The position numbers and the translations under genes were made by a program. Of a stretch of 64,000 bases of DNA, positions 29,536-40,311 are shown in pieces. Each line of letters opens with the position of its first letter. Position 1 is the first letter of the stretch. The notes beneath the pieces were generated by a model. That model had not been told where the DNA came from, did no database searches, and worked only from the letters and a program-made list of their open reading frames with translations. The DNA is taken from NCBI GenBank assembly GCA_965250085.1, contig OZ252287.1:512001-576000 (forward strand), in the 5' to 3' direction. The DNA is from Candidatus Altimarinota bacterium. GTDB taxonomy: Bacteria > Patescibacteriota > Gracilibacteria > CAIRYL01.

Positions 29536-29580
29536 ATCCGCCTAAGGCGGATGCACTCTGGCCAACTGAGTTACTCTCCG
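29536..29580 (-). repeat. Partial copy of the tRNA-Pro 5' half fused to a palindrome
   Basis: Minus strand CGGAGAGTAACTCAGTTGGCCAGAGTGCA followed by TCCGCCTTAGGCGGA. Confidence 0.8.
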
Positions 29581-29731
29581 TAGCAAAGCCAAAAAAGTCT
29601 AGTTTTTTTTGCTCTTCAGTTCAAGTGGATTTCTCTAAGAAGAAAAATAGAAAAAGTGGCTTTCTTCCATTGTATTTTTATGGAATTTTTGATATACTTA
29701 TCTGAATGTTTCGGTGCTTCATCATTATTGA

Positions 29732-32062
29732 ATGCAAAATATACAAAAACAGAAAAAAATATACACTCTCTTTGCACTTCTTCTCTTTTTAGGTGGAGTT
29801 GCTTTCTCTGGCTCTATTTTTGGTGCAGAAGTACGCAAAAAGCCCCTTCTGGTCACAATCACAAGTCCCGCTCCATCAGATAGAATTGGAGGAAGCGTTG
29901 AGAGAGATTCAGTGCTACTACCAGAAGAAACATTTCCAATAAAAGGTATTGCCGCAGCAAATAAATCAGTAAGTCTCTACGGTTGGACCATTATCCCTGG
30001 AACTGATGGGAATACAAATCCAGAAGAAGTGATTTCCAATTTTTCTGGAGAAACTACTGGAACTGATGCTATTCGCCTTTCATGGACTGTGCGCAATCGC
30101 TTCCATCAAGAATATGCTGATGGAGTGTTTTCTGAAACCGATCGTACATGCCAATCCCTCAAATCCCACTGCCTTCCGAGCGATGGTGAACTCCTAGGAG
30201 AAGAATCATTGCAATGTGAGGAGGGAAATGTTCCGGTAGATCTTGACTGCAATATACCCAAAAAATATACGGTCTATCACGATATTGTGCATCCCATAGA
30301 AGCGCAATTAGGAAAAGATAGGGGGCGTATGGATATTCTTTTTCAGAATCCCCTGTCAGAGGAAGCTCTGACAGAAACAAAAAATAACACTCAACATTTT
30401 GCTCCTGAATGTGCACAGCGGAGCGGCTGCCAGTTTGATTATTATCCCGTAGGATGGCGATACGCACATGGTCCTTTTGCACTCCCTAGTGAAAATACAA
30501 CCAGCCCCCTGCTTTCTACAGACTTGAGCGCCATGAGTTTTCATGAACTCCGAGTCGATGAAGCCAACGGATATATTCCCAGTATTGATGGAGAAGGAAA
30601 AACTTGGGAAGAAGATATTGTAATCTCTGCACAGTATGCACCTAATATTTCTGCCGATTCATATTCAGGTGCATACGTCTTTTCTTATTGGAACTATGTC
30701 AGAGCATACAATCTTCTAGAAGATTTTTCTGAATATACAGCATTTACTTTCTTTCCTATAAAAGACCAGACCATACTTGTAGATGGATTTGATCAATATG
30801 AAATTTATGCAATCCCAGAGTCCGAATACATTTCTGCAGAAGGAGTAACACGAGAAAATGGAGCCTTGGTCTCAGTGGTTCGTGACCCTTCGCTCTCCGA
30901 AGTTGTCATTAATTTTTCAGAAAATAATCTTGATCCCTCTCAGGGATATTATTTTGCTATTTTTGAAGTACGAGACAATGCTACGGTGAAACTTCCGAGC
31001 TTCATAACCTCTGAAGTAAGCACAAAGTTTGTCTCTGGATTGTCTTGCCTCGGTGACCCAGAAGATCCTGTTTCATGTCCAGCACTTATAGGACATGTGC
31101 TGTCTACAAATACTGAGATCTTAGTAAATCTTGGATCTGGAGATATTTCTTCTGTTCCTTCTCCCCCCAAGGTACAGAAAGAGGTTTTTGAACAAAGTGG
31201 TTCATACCTTTTTGATCCCATTGTGAGTGATAGAAATGGAGAGCTCAGGTGCGGTATTAACGGGTACGATCATTGCGTTCTCCCCACTTCACGTATAAAT
31301 CAATTTGCACCACAACATTTTCTTGCTGGTACATATATCAGTGATGACAGTTCTTTGAGATCTGATACCGACAAGACGTTCACCGTGCAAGCCAATAGAT
31401 CTCCTGGCATATTCTTTGACCCCTATATTGTTTCAGAAAAAGTAGCGACTGTACGAAAGAGTCAGAGCTTGTATGGAGTTGTTTTTGATTCATGGACTCA
31501 TGAAATCCTAAAAAATGTACTTGTCGAAGTCCAAGGAAATGAGAAAAGCACTGGAGAAGAGCGTACATTTTCTCAGAAAACATCTGAGGATGGACTTTTT
31601 TCCTTCAACACTTCTGATGGGAGTTATGAACTCTCTGTAAATGCACTCCAGGAAAGAGATGATCTTTTTCTCTTTCCAAGCCTCAAATACACTCTTTCGG
31701 GAGATACATGTGGATCAGAGATTCCTTTTACAGATCTTTATTGCCAGAAAAACCTGAAAGTTATGATTGAAAACAAAACAATACATCGAGATATTCCTCT
31801 CGATCCGACGGTAGAAGGTATCGTGAGCAACATATCAGATCCTGTCCGTATTGTGCTGACCAAAAATGGCATTCGCGTTGCCGTCGCTACCACTGTTCCA
31901 AATGGACGATTTAGTTTTTTCGTTCCTCCAGGAACCTATGAGGTTGTCAGCATAGAAGCTCTTGATGGAAAGGTTCTCGGTGAAGTTCAGAAATCTATTA
32001 CCATCTCTGCCACACCAAATGGCTCCGTAGCTGCTCCTGTGAGTGTGGCTTTATCCTTGTAA
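29732..32062 (+). CDS. Large secreted/surface protein with carboxypeptidase-regulatory-like beta domains
   Basis: N-terminal signal or TM segment; G.V.D....L.NV.V...T..DG.F.F....G.Y.L and NGRFSF.VPPG.Y patterns. Confidence 0.7.
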   Translation: MQNIQKQKKIYTLFALLLFLGGVAFSGSIFGAEVRKKPLLVTITSPAPSDRIGGSVERDSVLLPEETFPIKGIAAANKSVSLYGWTIIPGTDGNTNPEEVISNFSGETTGTDAIRLSWTVRNRFHQEYADGVFSETDRTCQSLKSHCLPSDGELLGEESLQCEEGNVPVDLDCNIPKKYTVYHDIVHPIEAQLGKDRGRMDILFQNPLSEEALTETKNNTQHFAPECAQRSGCQFDYYPVGWRYAHGPFALPSENTTSPLLSTDLSAMSFHELRVDEANGYIPSIDGEGKTWEEDIVISAQYAPNISADSYSGAYVFSYWNYVRAYNLLEDFSEYTAFTFFPIKDQTILVDGFDQYEIYAIPESEYISAEGVTRENGALVSVVRDPSLSEVVINFSENNLDPSQGYYFAIFEVRDNATVKLPSFITSEVSTKFVSGLSCLGDPEDPVSCPALIGHVLSTNTEILVNLGSGDISSVPSPPKVQKEVFEQSGSYLFDPIVSDRNGELRCGINGYDHCVLPTSRINQFAPQHFLAGTYISDDSSLRSDTDKTFTVQANRSPGIFFDPYIVSEKVATVRKSQSLYGVVFDSWTHEILKNVLVEVQGNEKSTGEERTFSQKTSEDGLFSFNTSDGSYELSVNALQERDDLFLFPSLKYTLSGDTCGSEIPFTDLYCQKNLKVMIENKTIHRDIPLDPTVEGIVSNISDPVRIVLTKNGIRVAVATTVPNGRFSFFVPPGTYEVVSIEALDGKVLGEVQKSITISATPNGSVAAPVSVALSL

Positions 32063-32068
32063 ATATTT

Positions 32069-32806
32069 TTGAAATATATGACTTCTTTTTCTTTCTCATT
32101 CCGTATTATTTTTTCATTCCTTATCCTCTTTGGAGCACTTTCCACATCTGGATATGCTGAGACGCAAAGGCAGTTTCTTTTGCAATGGCAATCGGAGCAT
32201 GTGCGTGGATCTGGGTATCATGCGCCATACGCAAATTTTACGGTTCGTGATACAACAAAAAATATTGTGGTAGAAGGGCAAACAGATGCAAGCGGATACT
32301 TTGAATTCCTTCTTCCTCCAGGAAAAGTAGACCTGGGAATCTCTCATACGTTTTTCTTCACTGCAACAAATCATTTAGGGAGAAGTATTTACAAAAGTGA
32401 TGGTAGTGAGGACTCCATGAGTGCTTTTCTTCCAGGAGGGCTTGTTGCAGAGGGGCAAACAGCACCTGATTCGCAAGTACTTCTTAAAGACTCCTTCGGG
32501 AACGTGATCAAAAGAGTACGGGCAGATGGCGATGGGTATTATGTCCTCACAAATGCTGAGCGCGATGCCAGTGTTGTATTTGAAGATGGGTCAGAAGTTC
32601 CTTTCACTCCAGGAGAAATCCTGACAACATCAGATTTTGAAGGTGATCCCGAGCACACAAGTGCTCCAGAAATTCGAGACTCTCCTCTCAATCAAGATGG
32701 AGAAAAGAATTTTCTCTTCCGATTTCTTTTGGGCAGTGTGGGGGTTCTTTTCCTCTTTCTCTTGTTTTTCTTTTTATACAAAAGACATCAACGTCACATG
32801 TGGTAA
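32069..32806 (+). CDS. Secreted protein with a C-terminal membrane anchor
   Basis: Signal peptide, TDASGYF and ADGDGYY turns, C-terminal TM helix with basic tail. Confidence 0.7.
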   Translation: MKYMTSFSFSFRIIFSFLILFGALSTSGYAETQRQFLLQWQSEHVRGSGYHAPYANFTVRDTTKNIVVEGQTDASGYFEFLLPPGKVDLGISHTFFFTATNHLGRSIYKSDGSEDSMSAFLPGGLVAEGQTAPDSQVLLKDSFGNVIKRVRADGDGYYVLTNAERDASVVFEDGSEVPFTPGEILTTSDFEGDPEHTSAPEIRDSPLNQDGEKNFLFRFLLGSVGVLFLFLLFFFLYKRHQRHMW

Positions 32807-32818
32807 TCATATAAAAAT

Positions 32819-35638
32819 ATGAAATATTTTTTCCGACTTCTCCTCGGCTTCCTTTTTCTCTCCATTATTTTCGTGGGGGTAAATTTTGCTGCTGCGGAAG
32901 GAGAAGTGTTGGAAGTTCGTATTCATAAAAATTCATTACAGGGAGATGAATACAATAGTCCTTCTGATCCTATTGCCGTGAATATTATAGATGATCTGGG
33001 CATCGGACTTGGTATTGGTGTGCGGGGAGGAGAGTATCCTGCTGGAAGCGGACAGTTTTTGCTTGATCCTACAAAAGGTCCTTTAGAGATTGTTGAAGAG
33101 AAAAATTGCATCTTTTCTTGGGCTGATAACTCTGGAAATCCTATTACTAAAGTAGCATCTATTCGTGAATACGCTCAGGGATCAAGCGGTGTCTTCGCTT
33201 CTCCTCCATTGCGCATACAGGAGGAGCGTATCAGTACCGACAAAGCACAAATTCAAAATTGTAAAGGAGGGGAAATTGAGTATGAAGCGCTTAAAAATGA
33301 GATAGAAAATCTCCCTGATAATCCATTTCGTATCTATCGAGAATATGTTTCTCTCCCCATCGATCCAGACCTTTTGGGAAAAGAGATTTCGATTTCTATT
33401 CTTGCCAACCCTGATGAAAACACTATTCAATCCATGGGAGAAAATCCTATCAATGGATTTCTATGTGCACTGAGCACAACAGATGAAAACACTGAAGAAA
33501 AAAGAGGGCTTTGTACACAAAAGATTATTCTTGATCCTTCAAGAGCAGAAAACGGAGTATTTCGAGTCGATCTGGTAATTCTTGCAGATAGCTCTGCTTC
33601 CATTGTGAGAAATAATATCGAAGAGACTCTTATTCAGGGCATTAATTCAGAGTTTAGTAATAGCGTTACTTTTGTTGGGAATTTTTTGATCAGATCTATC
33701 AGTCTTCTCGATTGGACACTCGCTATAGACGATACAGGATTTCGAAATGAAAAAATCACATCGGTGTATAAGAAATCACTCAATATAGTGAACGGATTTT
33801 TTATTCTTGCACTTCTTTCTATTGCCTTCTTATGGAATTTTTCTGTACTTGTTTCCCGTGATCGCCTTAAAAAAATAATGATCCTCTTTATTGTAGGTAT
33901 CATGAGTGTAAACTTTATGCTCCCTGTCACGAGATTACTCGTTGACGGGACTAATATTTTACAAAGATCGCTGCTGACAAAAGAAAATACTGATTTGTCC
34001 TCTCAGCGACAAATTTCTTCCTCGGATTTACTCTCTGTACAAGATCTGGATATTGGTGGTTTCATTGGACTCCAAAAATCATCATATATCGACAAAAACT
34101 ATCCTGAGGAAATTGGAGAGCAAGTCGACACAGACAAGCTCTCACAAAAATCAGATCTCTATATTGACCGATTTCAGGAAAACACTTGGTTTACCCTGGG
34201 GCTTGTATTTTTAGGAGCTTTGGGCCAATTTTTGATAACTCTGGTGCTTCTTTTCCGATATGTAATTTTGTGGTTTTTGCTTATTTTTTCTCCCTTCCTT
34301 CTCGTCCTTGCTCTTTTTAGCACCACTCGATTTTTATTTCGATACTGGATTTGGCTCTATGCACGTTGGCTTCTTATTGGACCCATACTCGCGTTGACAT
34401 TATTTGTGGTTGTAAATATCTGGTCACTCACTGGAGTCCCTCTTGAGAGTTCATATGCTGCTCCTAGTAGTCTGATATTTCCCAATACCACAAATCTCTA
34501 CGTAGCTGCGCCGGGCATTACCTCTGGATATCTCAATACACCACGAGAAATTACCAAGTATATTGGAGCTCTCATGATGCTTTATATGGCTATTATTCTT
34601 CCTTTTTGGCTCACGCGATATATTCCTGGCACAGCAGAATCTAAATTGAAGTCAAAGCTCTTTGGAAAACGTTCTGAGAAACGATCTTCTGAACTGTTGA
34701 GTGACCAAAAGAACAAAAAAAGTGAAGGTGCTTTTTCTGGAAATTCAGTCTTAGGGCTTCCTGGAAACATCACTTCTCTCTTGTCAGAACAAACCTCTCA
34801 ACCGTCATCTGAAAGTTCGCAAGTACAATCTTCTTCTCACAAGCAATCTTCAACAAAGACTGGAAATAAAGGTCCTCAAAGTGTGGATACGAAGGACCTT
34901 CTCAATACTCTTACTATTTTGAATGCTTCCAATGGTTTACAAAATACTTCAGCAGCCGAGAAATCCCGTTCAGAAGATCAAAAGGGAGCGCTCCTCAAAG
35001 AAATTGGAGTTCGGGCCAAAAGCGGAGATACTACTGCTCTTAATGCACTCAAAAAAATAGAAGCTGAATCAATTCAGCAAAATGCAACAGGAGATATTCG
35101 TATTTCCGATGACAAGAAAAAAACTCCTCAACACAAGAGCACTGTGGAACAAGCAAAATCTTCTGAGCATATTTCTATCGAAGAACAACGGAAAAAAGAT
35201 GATCGCAACCCCACTCAGCGAGCATTTGGAGATATGGACAAAGAAAAACTTCTGAAGGCTGAACAAGAAAAACAAAACACCCAAGAAAATATCAGAAAAA
35301 AACGTCACGAAAAAGCCAAAGACAAGCTTCTCCAAAAAAGCACCATAGCTCATGAAGCAGAAGAGTTTATCAAAAATAAAACATTGAATGATATACAAGA
35401 GGAGCATATCGTTCGCATTCATGAGGAAAACCAGAATCTCAAAACCATGAATACGAAAGAAATTGAGGAGAATATTTCATCTCATATAGAAAATAACGTA
35501 ACGCGTAACACCACAGAAAATACTATTGAGACAGATATTGACACAGATGTTCAGACACATTCTTCATCTCCAACGAACATTCCTCCTTCCACTCCTGAAC
35601 CTCTAGAGACCGATGATGATGAAGGAAAAGGAAAATAA
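32819..35638 (+). CDS. Large membrane protein, TrbL/VirB6-like central region, low-complexity C-terminal tail
   Basis: N.FFILALL.IAF, VNF..P.TR..VD..N and R...LW.L.I.SP patterns; Ser/Glu/Lys-rich tail. Confidence 0.6.
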   Translation: MKYFFRLLLGFLFLSIIFVGVNFAAAEGEVLEVRIHKNSLQGDEYNSPSDPIAVNIIDDLGIGLGIGVRGGEYPAGSGQFLLDPTKGPLEIVEEKNCIFSWADNSGNPITKVASIREYAQGSSGVFASPPLRIQEERISTDKAQIQNCKGGEIEYEALKNEIENLPDNPFRIYREYVSLPIDPDLLGKEISISILANPDENTIQSMGENPINGFLCALSTTDENTEEKRGLCTQKIILDPSRAENGVFRVDLVILADSSASIVRNNIEETLIQGINSEFSNSVTFVGNFLIRSISLLDWTLAIDDTGFRNEKITSVYKKSLNIVNGFFILALLSIAFLWNFSVLVSRDRLKKIMILFIVGIMSVNFMLPVTRLLVDGTNILQRSLLTKENTDLSSQRQISSSDLLSVQDLDIGGFIGLQKSSYIDKNYPEEIGEQVDTDKLSQKSDLYIDRFQENTWFTLGLVFLGALGQFLITLVLLFRYVILWFLLIFSPFLLVLALFSTTRFLFRYWIWLYARWLLIGPILALTLFVVVNIWSLTGVPLESSYAAPSSLIFPNTTNLYVAAPGITSGYLNTPREITKYIGALMMLYMAIILPFWLTRYIPGTAESKLKSKLFGKRSEKRSSELLSDQKNKKSEGAFSGNSVLGLPGNITSLLSEQTSQPSSESSQVQSSSHKQSSTKTGNKGPQSVDTKDLLNTLTILNASNGLQNTSAAEKSRSEDQKGALLKEIGVRAKSGDTTALNALKKIEAESIQQNATGDIRISDDKKKTPQHKSTVEQAKSSEHISIEEQRKKDDRNPTQRAFGDMDKEKLLKAEQEKQNTQENIRKKRHEKAKDKLLQKSTIAHEAEEFIKNKTLNDIQEEHIVRIHEENQNLKTMNTKEIEENISSHIENNVTRNTTENTIETDIDTDVQTHSSSPTNIPPSTPEPLETDDDEGKGK

Positions 35639-35709
35639 AAAAGAATATTCAAAAACCTCTCTAGTTTTCGTACTCCTGATTACGTATTCATCGAATACTG
35701 ATCATTCTC

Positions 35710-36099
35710 CTACTTGAGGATCCAATGCGTAAGAGTATTCGCGACTGAAAGAAGCAGTGTTGCAATGATATACGCCACAATCCCATTTCCGACCATAAAG
35801 GTAATTCCAAATGCATCGGAAAGCAGATTATTAAAGAGGTACTGAGTAATAAATAAAATCACTGCATTAATAACAATCAGAAAAAGTCCCATGGAAAGAA
35901 ACGTGAGTGGCATGCTCACCAATTTAAGAAGCGGCCTGACAAAAGTATTCAAAAGTCCGAGTACAAGCCCTACAAGGGCAAATCCTAAAACACCATTGCT
36001 GATAGAAAATCCTTCATTCTGAAGAAAATATTGTACTACGTACAATGCTAAAGCATTTGCCGCTACAGATAAGACAATCCATTTGAGAAGTTTTCGCAT
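35710..36099 (-). CDS. Phage-holin-like 4-TM family membrane protein (DUF360-like)
   Basis: NALAL, LGLLN.FVRPLLK..S.P...L..GLF..VINA motifs. Probable start MRKLL. Confidence 0.82.
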   Translation of the reverse strand: MRKLLKWIVLSVAANALALYVVQYFLQNEGFSISNGVLGFALVGLVLGLLNTFVRPLLKLVSMPLTFLSMGLFLIVINAVILFITQYLFNNLLSDAFGITFMVGNGIVAYIIATLLLSVANTLTHWILK

Positions 36100-36265
36100 A
36101 ACATGTGAGAAAAAGCTACACACAGTATGCTCGGAAGCAGTTTTATGATCAAGTGAAGAAAAATAGATAGCAAATATTATGTCTTTTCTTGGAGTTTTCA
36201 GAAGAAGAGCTCCTTGAATTTCACGTGAAAAAAAGGAACAATCTGTTCTGTTATTAAAAAACGAA

Positions 36266-37699
36266 ATGCACCACAACTACGAAGCCGTCATGGGACTTGA
36301 AATTCACGCAAGACTCAAGACAAAAACCAAAATGTTTTGCACTTGTTCTAATGATACTTGGAAAGCGAAGCCAAATACGCACATTTGTGATGTATGTGCA
36401 GGTTTCCCTGGAACGCTTCCCGTGATTAACGCTGAAGCAGTACATCTGGGAATCCTTACTGGCGTTGCGCTGGGGTGCACTATTCCCGAGTTTGCAAAGT
36501 TTGATCGTAAGAGCTATTTTTATCCAGATCTGCCTTCTGGATACCAAATCTCTCAGTATGATTTTCCTATTGCTCTAGACGGGAAAATACAGGTCTTCGT
36601 TGATGGAGAGAAAAAAAGCTTTGGTCTCACGAGACTGCATCTGGAAAACGATGCTGGAAAACTTACCCATGGTGGTCATAAGAGTTTCGTAGACCTCAAT
36701 CGTGCCGGTTCTCCTCTTATGGAAATGGTTACTGAGCCAGATTTCAGATCTCCTGAAGAGGCATCTGCTTTTTTGAAAGAAATACAAAGAATTTTGAGAA
36801 CCCTTGGCTCGTCAGATGCCGATATGGAGAAGGGAATGATGAGATGTGATGTGAATGTATCCGTGCGAAAAAAAGGGACAAAAGAATTTGGAACCAAGGT
36901 GGAGGTCAAAAATATGAATTCTTTTCGCAATATTGAAAAAGCTCTTTATTATGAAATAAACCGGCAAATACATGCCTCTGAAAATGGTGAGAAAATCATC
37001 CAAGAAACCAGAGGATGGCATGACGAAAAACAAGTAACACTCTCCCAGCGAGGAAAAGAAGAAGCCATGGATTATCGTTATTTTCCGGAACCAGATTTGC
37101 CTCCACTGACCTTTGATGCTCAGCAAATAAAAGAGTTGAAAGCTGAACTCCCAGAGCTTCCAAGTGAAAAAATGGAACGGTTTGAAACTGCATACGGGAT
37201 TTCATTGAATGATGCTGAAATTCTGGTAGCTGATCCGAGTGTCTGTACATTTTTTGAAGCAGTAGCACACAAATCAAAAAATCCAAAAAAGTCTGCCAAT
37301 TGGATGATCTCTGAAGTATTGGCAGTACTCAATGAAACTGGAAAAAATATTGATGAACTCCCCTTCTCTTCTGAAGATCTTGCCGATCTTATTCTCATGA
37401 TTGAGAGTGGGGAAATATCTGGAAAAATAGCAAAAGAAGTATTTGTCGAAATGAAAGAAAGAGGGGGTAATCCAGAAAAAATCGTCAAACAGAAAGGTCT
37501 TGCTCAAGTAAGCGATGCGAATGAAATAGAAGCAATATGCGCAGAAGTACTGAGTGAAAATAGCGCTCTTGTAGAGCAATATAAAGCAGGAAAAGACAAA
37601 CTCTTTGGTTCGTTTGTGGGGCAGGTGATGAAAAAAACAGGTGGCAAGGCCAATCCTCAAATAGTGAATGATATTCTTCAAAAACTTTTGAAATCCTGA
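36266..37699 (+). CDS. gatB: Asp/Glu-tRNA amidotransferase subunit B
   Basis: GLEIH..L.T.TKMFC, FDRK.YFYPDLP.GYQISQ, DLNRAG.PL.E and YRYFPEPDLP motifs. Confidence 0.98.
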   Translation: MHHNYEAVMGLEIHARLKTKTKMFCTCSNDTWKAKPNTHICDVCAGFPGTLPVINAEAVHLGILTGVALGCTIPEFAKFDRKSYFYPDLPSGYQISQYDFPIALDGKIQVFVDGEKKSFGLTRLHLENDAGKLTHGGHKSFVDLNRAGSPLMEMVTEPDFRSPEEASAFLKEIQRILRTLGSSDADMEKGMMRCDVNVSVRKKGTKEFGTKVEVKNMNSFRNIEKALYYEINRQIHASENGEKIIQETRGWHDEKQVTLSQRGKEEAMDYRYFPEPDLPPLTFDAQQIKELKAELPELPSEKMERFETAYGISLNDAEILVADPSVCTFFEAVAHKSKNPKKSANWMISEVLAVLNETGKNIDELPFSSEDLADLILMIESGEISGKIAKEVFVEMKERGGNPEKIVKQKGLAQVSDANEIEAICAEVLSENSALVEQYKAGKDKLFGSFVGQVMKKTGGKANPQIVNDILQKLLKS

Positions 37700-37806
37700 C
37701 CTTTGTCGTAATAAATTTTTTCAAGAATAAGAAAATATTAAATCTCTTCTTTTAATATTGCCTTTTTCCGTATTTCATGGTAAAAATTACTACCTAATTT
37801 TTTGGT

Positions 37807-40311
37807 ATGGTCTCTCCATCAGAATCCCCAAAAGAATTGCCTCTTTGCGCCCCCAGTCTCTTCACACGGATAGAAGGTGACAAAAATGGAGAATTTACGG
37901 ATTTTTTCCCTTTCTCAAGAGAAATAGCAGGGCTTTTAGATGCAATCTACTATGGAGAAACGGGGTATGCTCCTGAAGAAATTGATGATGCTATCAAAGA
38001 TCCTGAAATAGAACGTATTTACTCTGCTTTGAAGGAAGTGCCGGATACCCTCCTACAGGATCTTATGAAAACATTCTGCGAATTTATGGAAGAATCTGAC
38101 AATGAGCAAGATCCAGAGAAAAAATACATGCCTGATAAATACGCATATCTTCTCAGTCAGCACCCTGAGAGTACCATCGATCAAAAAGCTCAAATACTGG
38201 CACAGGATTTCAAAGCAACGTGCGCTTCGCCAGAACATCAGAATACATCCCATATTCTCTGGGCGGCAACTCAGGAAGTGCGAGAAAAAATAAATTTTAA
38301 GTTTGCAAAAGAGGAGTTTTTGGAAAGTGATGGAATTATAAAAAAAACAATCTTTATTATGGTGCAAGCGATAGCCGCTTGGGGTTTTCGTGAAATAAAT
38401 CGTGGATCAGGGCAGGATTATCAAACTCACAATATTGGTCTTGCTATCAACACTCTCTGCTCTTGTTTTTATGGTCAAACAATGCACGCAGCCGACATGG
38501 GACATGACATTCCCGAAGACCTTCATGCGAAGGGTCTCATGTTGTTGTTTTTACCAGTTCTTTTAAGTATATGGAAAGCCATGGACCTTTCTGGTGAAGA
38601 ACAAAGGCAGGGGAAAAACTATCTATTGACCTTGTATAGGAAGGTCAAAAATCTGGTCGATGGTCTCACAAAAGTTCGAAGAGAGACACGACAGGCGAGC
38701 TCAGCAGCAACATTTACAAAAATTATTCAATCTCATGCAGAGCCGATAAAAATACTTGGCGATAGATCTCATAATATGGACACCTTGCAAGGATTAAGTG
38801 TGGAAGCGCAAAAGAAAAACGCGACCGAAACATGGGAAGTATATGCTCCTATTGCTATAGCGAGGAAGTGGAAGAGCCCTGCTGAAAGACTGATCAGAAG
38901 ATCTCTTGAAATTCTAAATTCTGATTTTCTTGAAGAGGCATTGGCTCTTATTGAAGACAATCAAAAGCAATATATGCAACATCTTCATCAGATACATAAA
39001 AAGATACAAACAGAGCAGAGGGCGTCAGAAGAGATCATATCTGTTCGGTATATTCCAAAAGGAATTCTGGATCTTGTTGATGCTCGAATAATGCATCAAA
39101 AAACACCTGACAAATTGGTTGCTGCTGACATATCTGAAGAAAAGCTCAAAATACCTGTAGAAATTGTTCTGCTCACTCAAAATGAAGATAATTTTTCTGA
39201 AGTGAAAAACTGGATAACCAACACATTCTCTGGGAAAAAGAGTCCTGAAGAAGTGCAAGTATTATCTCATGGGCAGGGGATCAAGATCTATGTGCGTAAT
39301 AAAAAATATGGGGGAGATATGATCTTTCGCGTCAATACCATCGAGTCTGAGGCGCGATCACTCAGGGGAGCGTTGGCAAATAGTAATGGTATCCCTCGAG
39401 GAGTGCAGCTTGCAGAAAAATCATTTTTACAACGCGTACAATCTGGAGAAGATCCATTTAAAGTAGCACAAGAAGAGCTCAGTCGACCGTCTATAGTGGT
39501 ATATACGAGAGATGGGGATGCTTTGGAAGTTCCATTTGGCGCGTCCGTTCTCGATGTGGCATGCGAAATACATTCAGATCTCATGATAGGCTGTGAAGCC
39601 GCTAGAGTGCAACAGCATTGGGAAGGTGCTTCTTATCATATTCATCCACTTAATGAAGTCTCCAAAGGATCTCGAATTGAGATATTGCTTGCTTGTGAGA
39701 AACCAAGAAGCACACCGGAACTTTCTCAATGCAAACCCTCATGGATACCATTTCTCAGAACTGCAAAGGGAAGAGCGCATCTCAAAAAATTCTTTAAAAA
39801 ACAAATGACTGACATCCAGAAAAAAGAATTTGGGGAGGCGTATATAAAGGCTATCATGTCTGCTTTGCCTGATATTTTTTCAGAAGAAAACCCTTTATTG
39901 CAGTGTGTCAGAGGGAGTTTGAGAGCAGAAAAACATTATGGAAGACGAGATGCTACTGATGAAGAACTGATCAGATTAATAGGAAGTGGAGAAATAGATG
40001 TATTGCGGGTTGTTTCTTATCTCCAAGAATTTCAAGAAGATGGTAATTGGAAATTGCACATCCAAATACCAGATGCTCCCGGTACAGGTTTATGGATACG
40101 TAATGAGCTCGAAGCAGCTGATATTAATATTACAGGCGCCGTTGAAAAGTCTGGACATGACCCTAAAGGAGAAGGGGTATCGGTGCAAAACTATACCCTG
40201 AGTGTCCCTCAAGAGCTCTCTTCATATGAATTTCTTAAAATGATTCTTCGAATGCATGAGAAAGGGTACAATCCGGAGCTCCGAAAGGACAAACGCAAGA
40301 GCTTGCATTAG
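37807..40311 (+). CDS. Divergent long RelA/SpoT homologue (HD hydrolase, TGS, ACT-like; degenerate synthetase)
   Basis: GHDIPED, VDGLTKV, IK..GDR.HNM.TL and ETWEVYAPIA motifs; TGS-like VYTRDGD..EVP.GASVLD.A..IHS. Confidence 0.75.
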   Translation: MVSPSESPKELPLCAPSLFTRIEGDKNGEFTDFFPFSREIAGLLDAIYYGETGYAPEEIDDAIKDPEIERIYSALKEVPDTLLQDLMKTFCEFMEESDNEQDPEKKYMPDKYAYLLSQHPESTIDQKAQILAQDFKATCASPEHQNTSHILWAATQEVREKINFKFAKEEFLESDGIIKKTIFIMVQAIAAWGFREINRGSGQDYQTHNIGLAINTLCSCFYGQTMHAADMGHDIPEDLHAKGLMLLFLPVLLSIWKAMDLSGEEQRQGKNYLLTLYRKVKNLVDGLTKVRRETRQASSAATFTKIIQSHAEPIKILGDRSHNMDTLQGLSVEAQKKNATETWEVYAPIAIARKWKSPAERLIRRSLEILNSDFLEEALALIEDNQKQYMQHLHQIHKKIQTEQRASEEIISVRYIPKGILDLVDARIMHQKTPDKLVAADISEEKLKIPVEIVLLTQNEDNFSEVKNWITNTFSGKKSPEEVQVLSHGQGIKIYVRNKKYGGDMIFRVNTIESEARSLRGALANSNGIPRGVQLAEKSFLQRVQSGEDPFKVAQEELSRPSIVVYTRDGDALEVPFGASVLDVACEIHSDLMIGCEAARVQQHWEGASYHIHPLNEVSKGSRIEILLACEKPRSTPELSQCKPSWIPFLRTAKGRAHLKKFFKKQMTDIQKKEFGEAYIKAIMSALPDIFSEENPLLQCVRGSLRAEKHYGRRDATDEELIRLIGSGEIDVLRVVSYLQEFQEDGNWKLHIQIPDAPGTGLWIRNELEAADINITGAVEKSGHDPKGEGVSVQNYTLSVPQELSSYEFLKMILRMHEKGYNPELRKDKRKSLH

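Noticed and set aside
35710-36099. Prophage indicated by the holin-like gene
   Set aside because: This 4-TM family is commonly chromosomal, and the neighbours are gatB and surface proteins, not phage genes.
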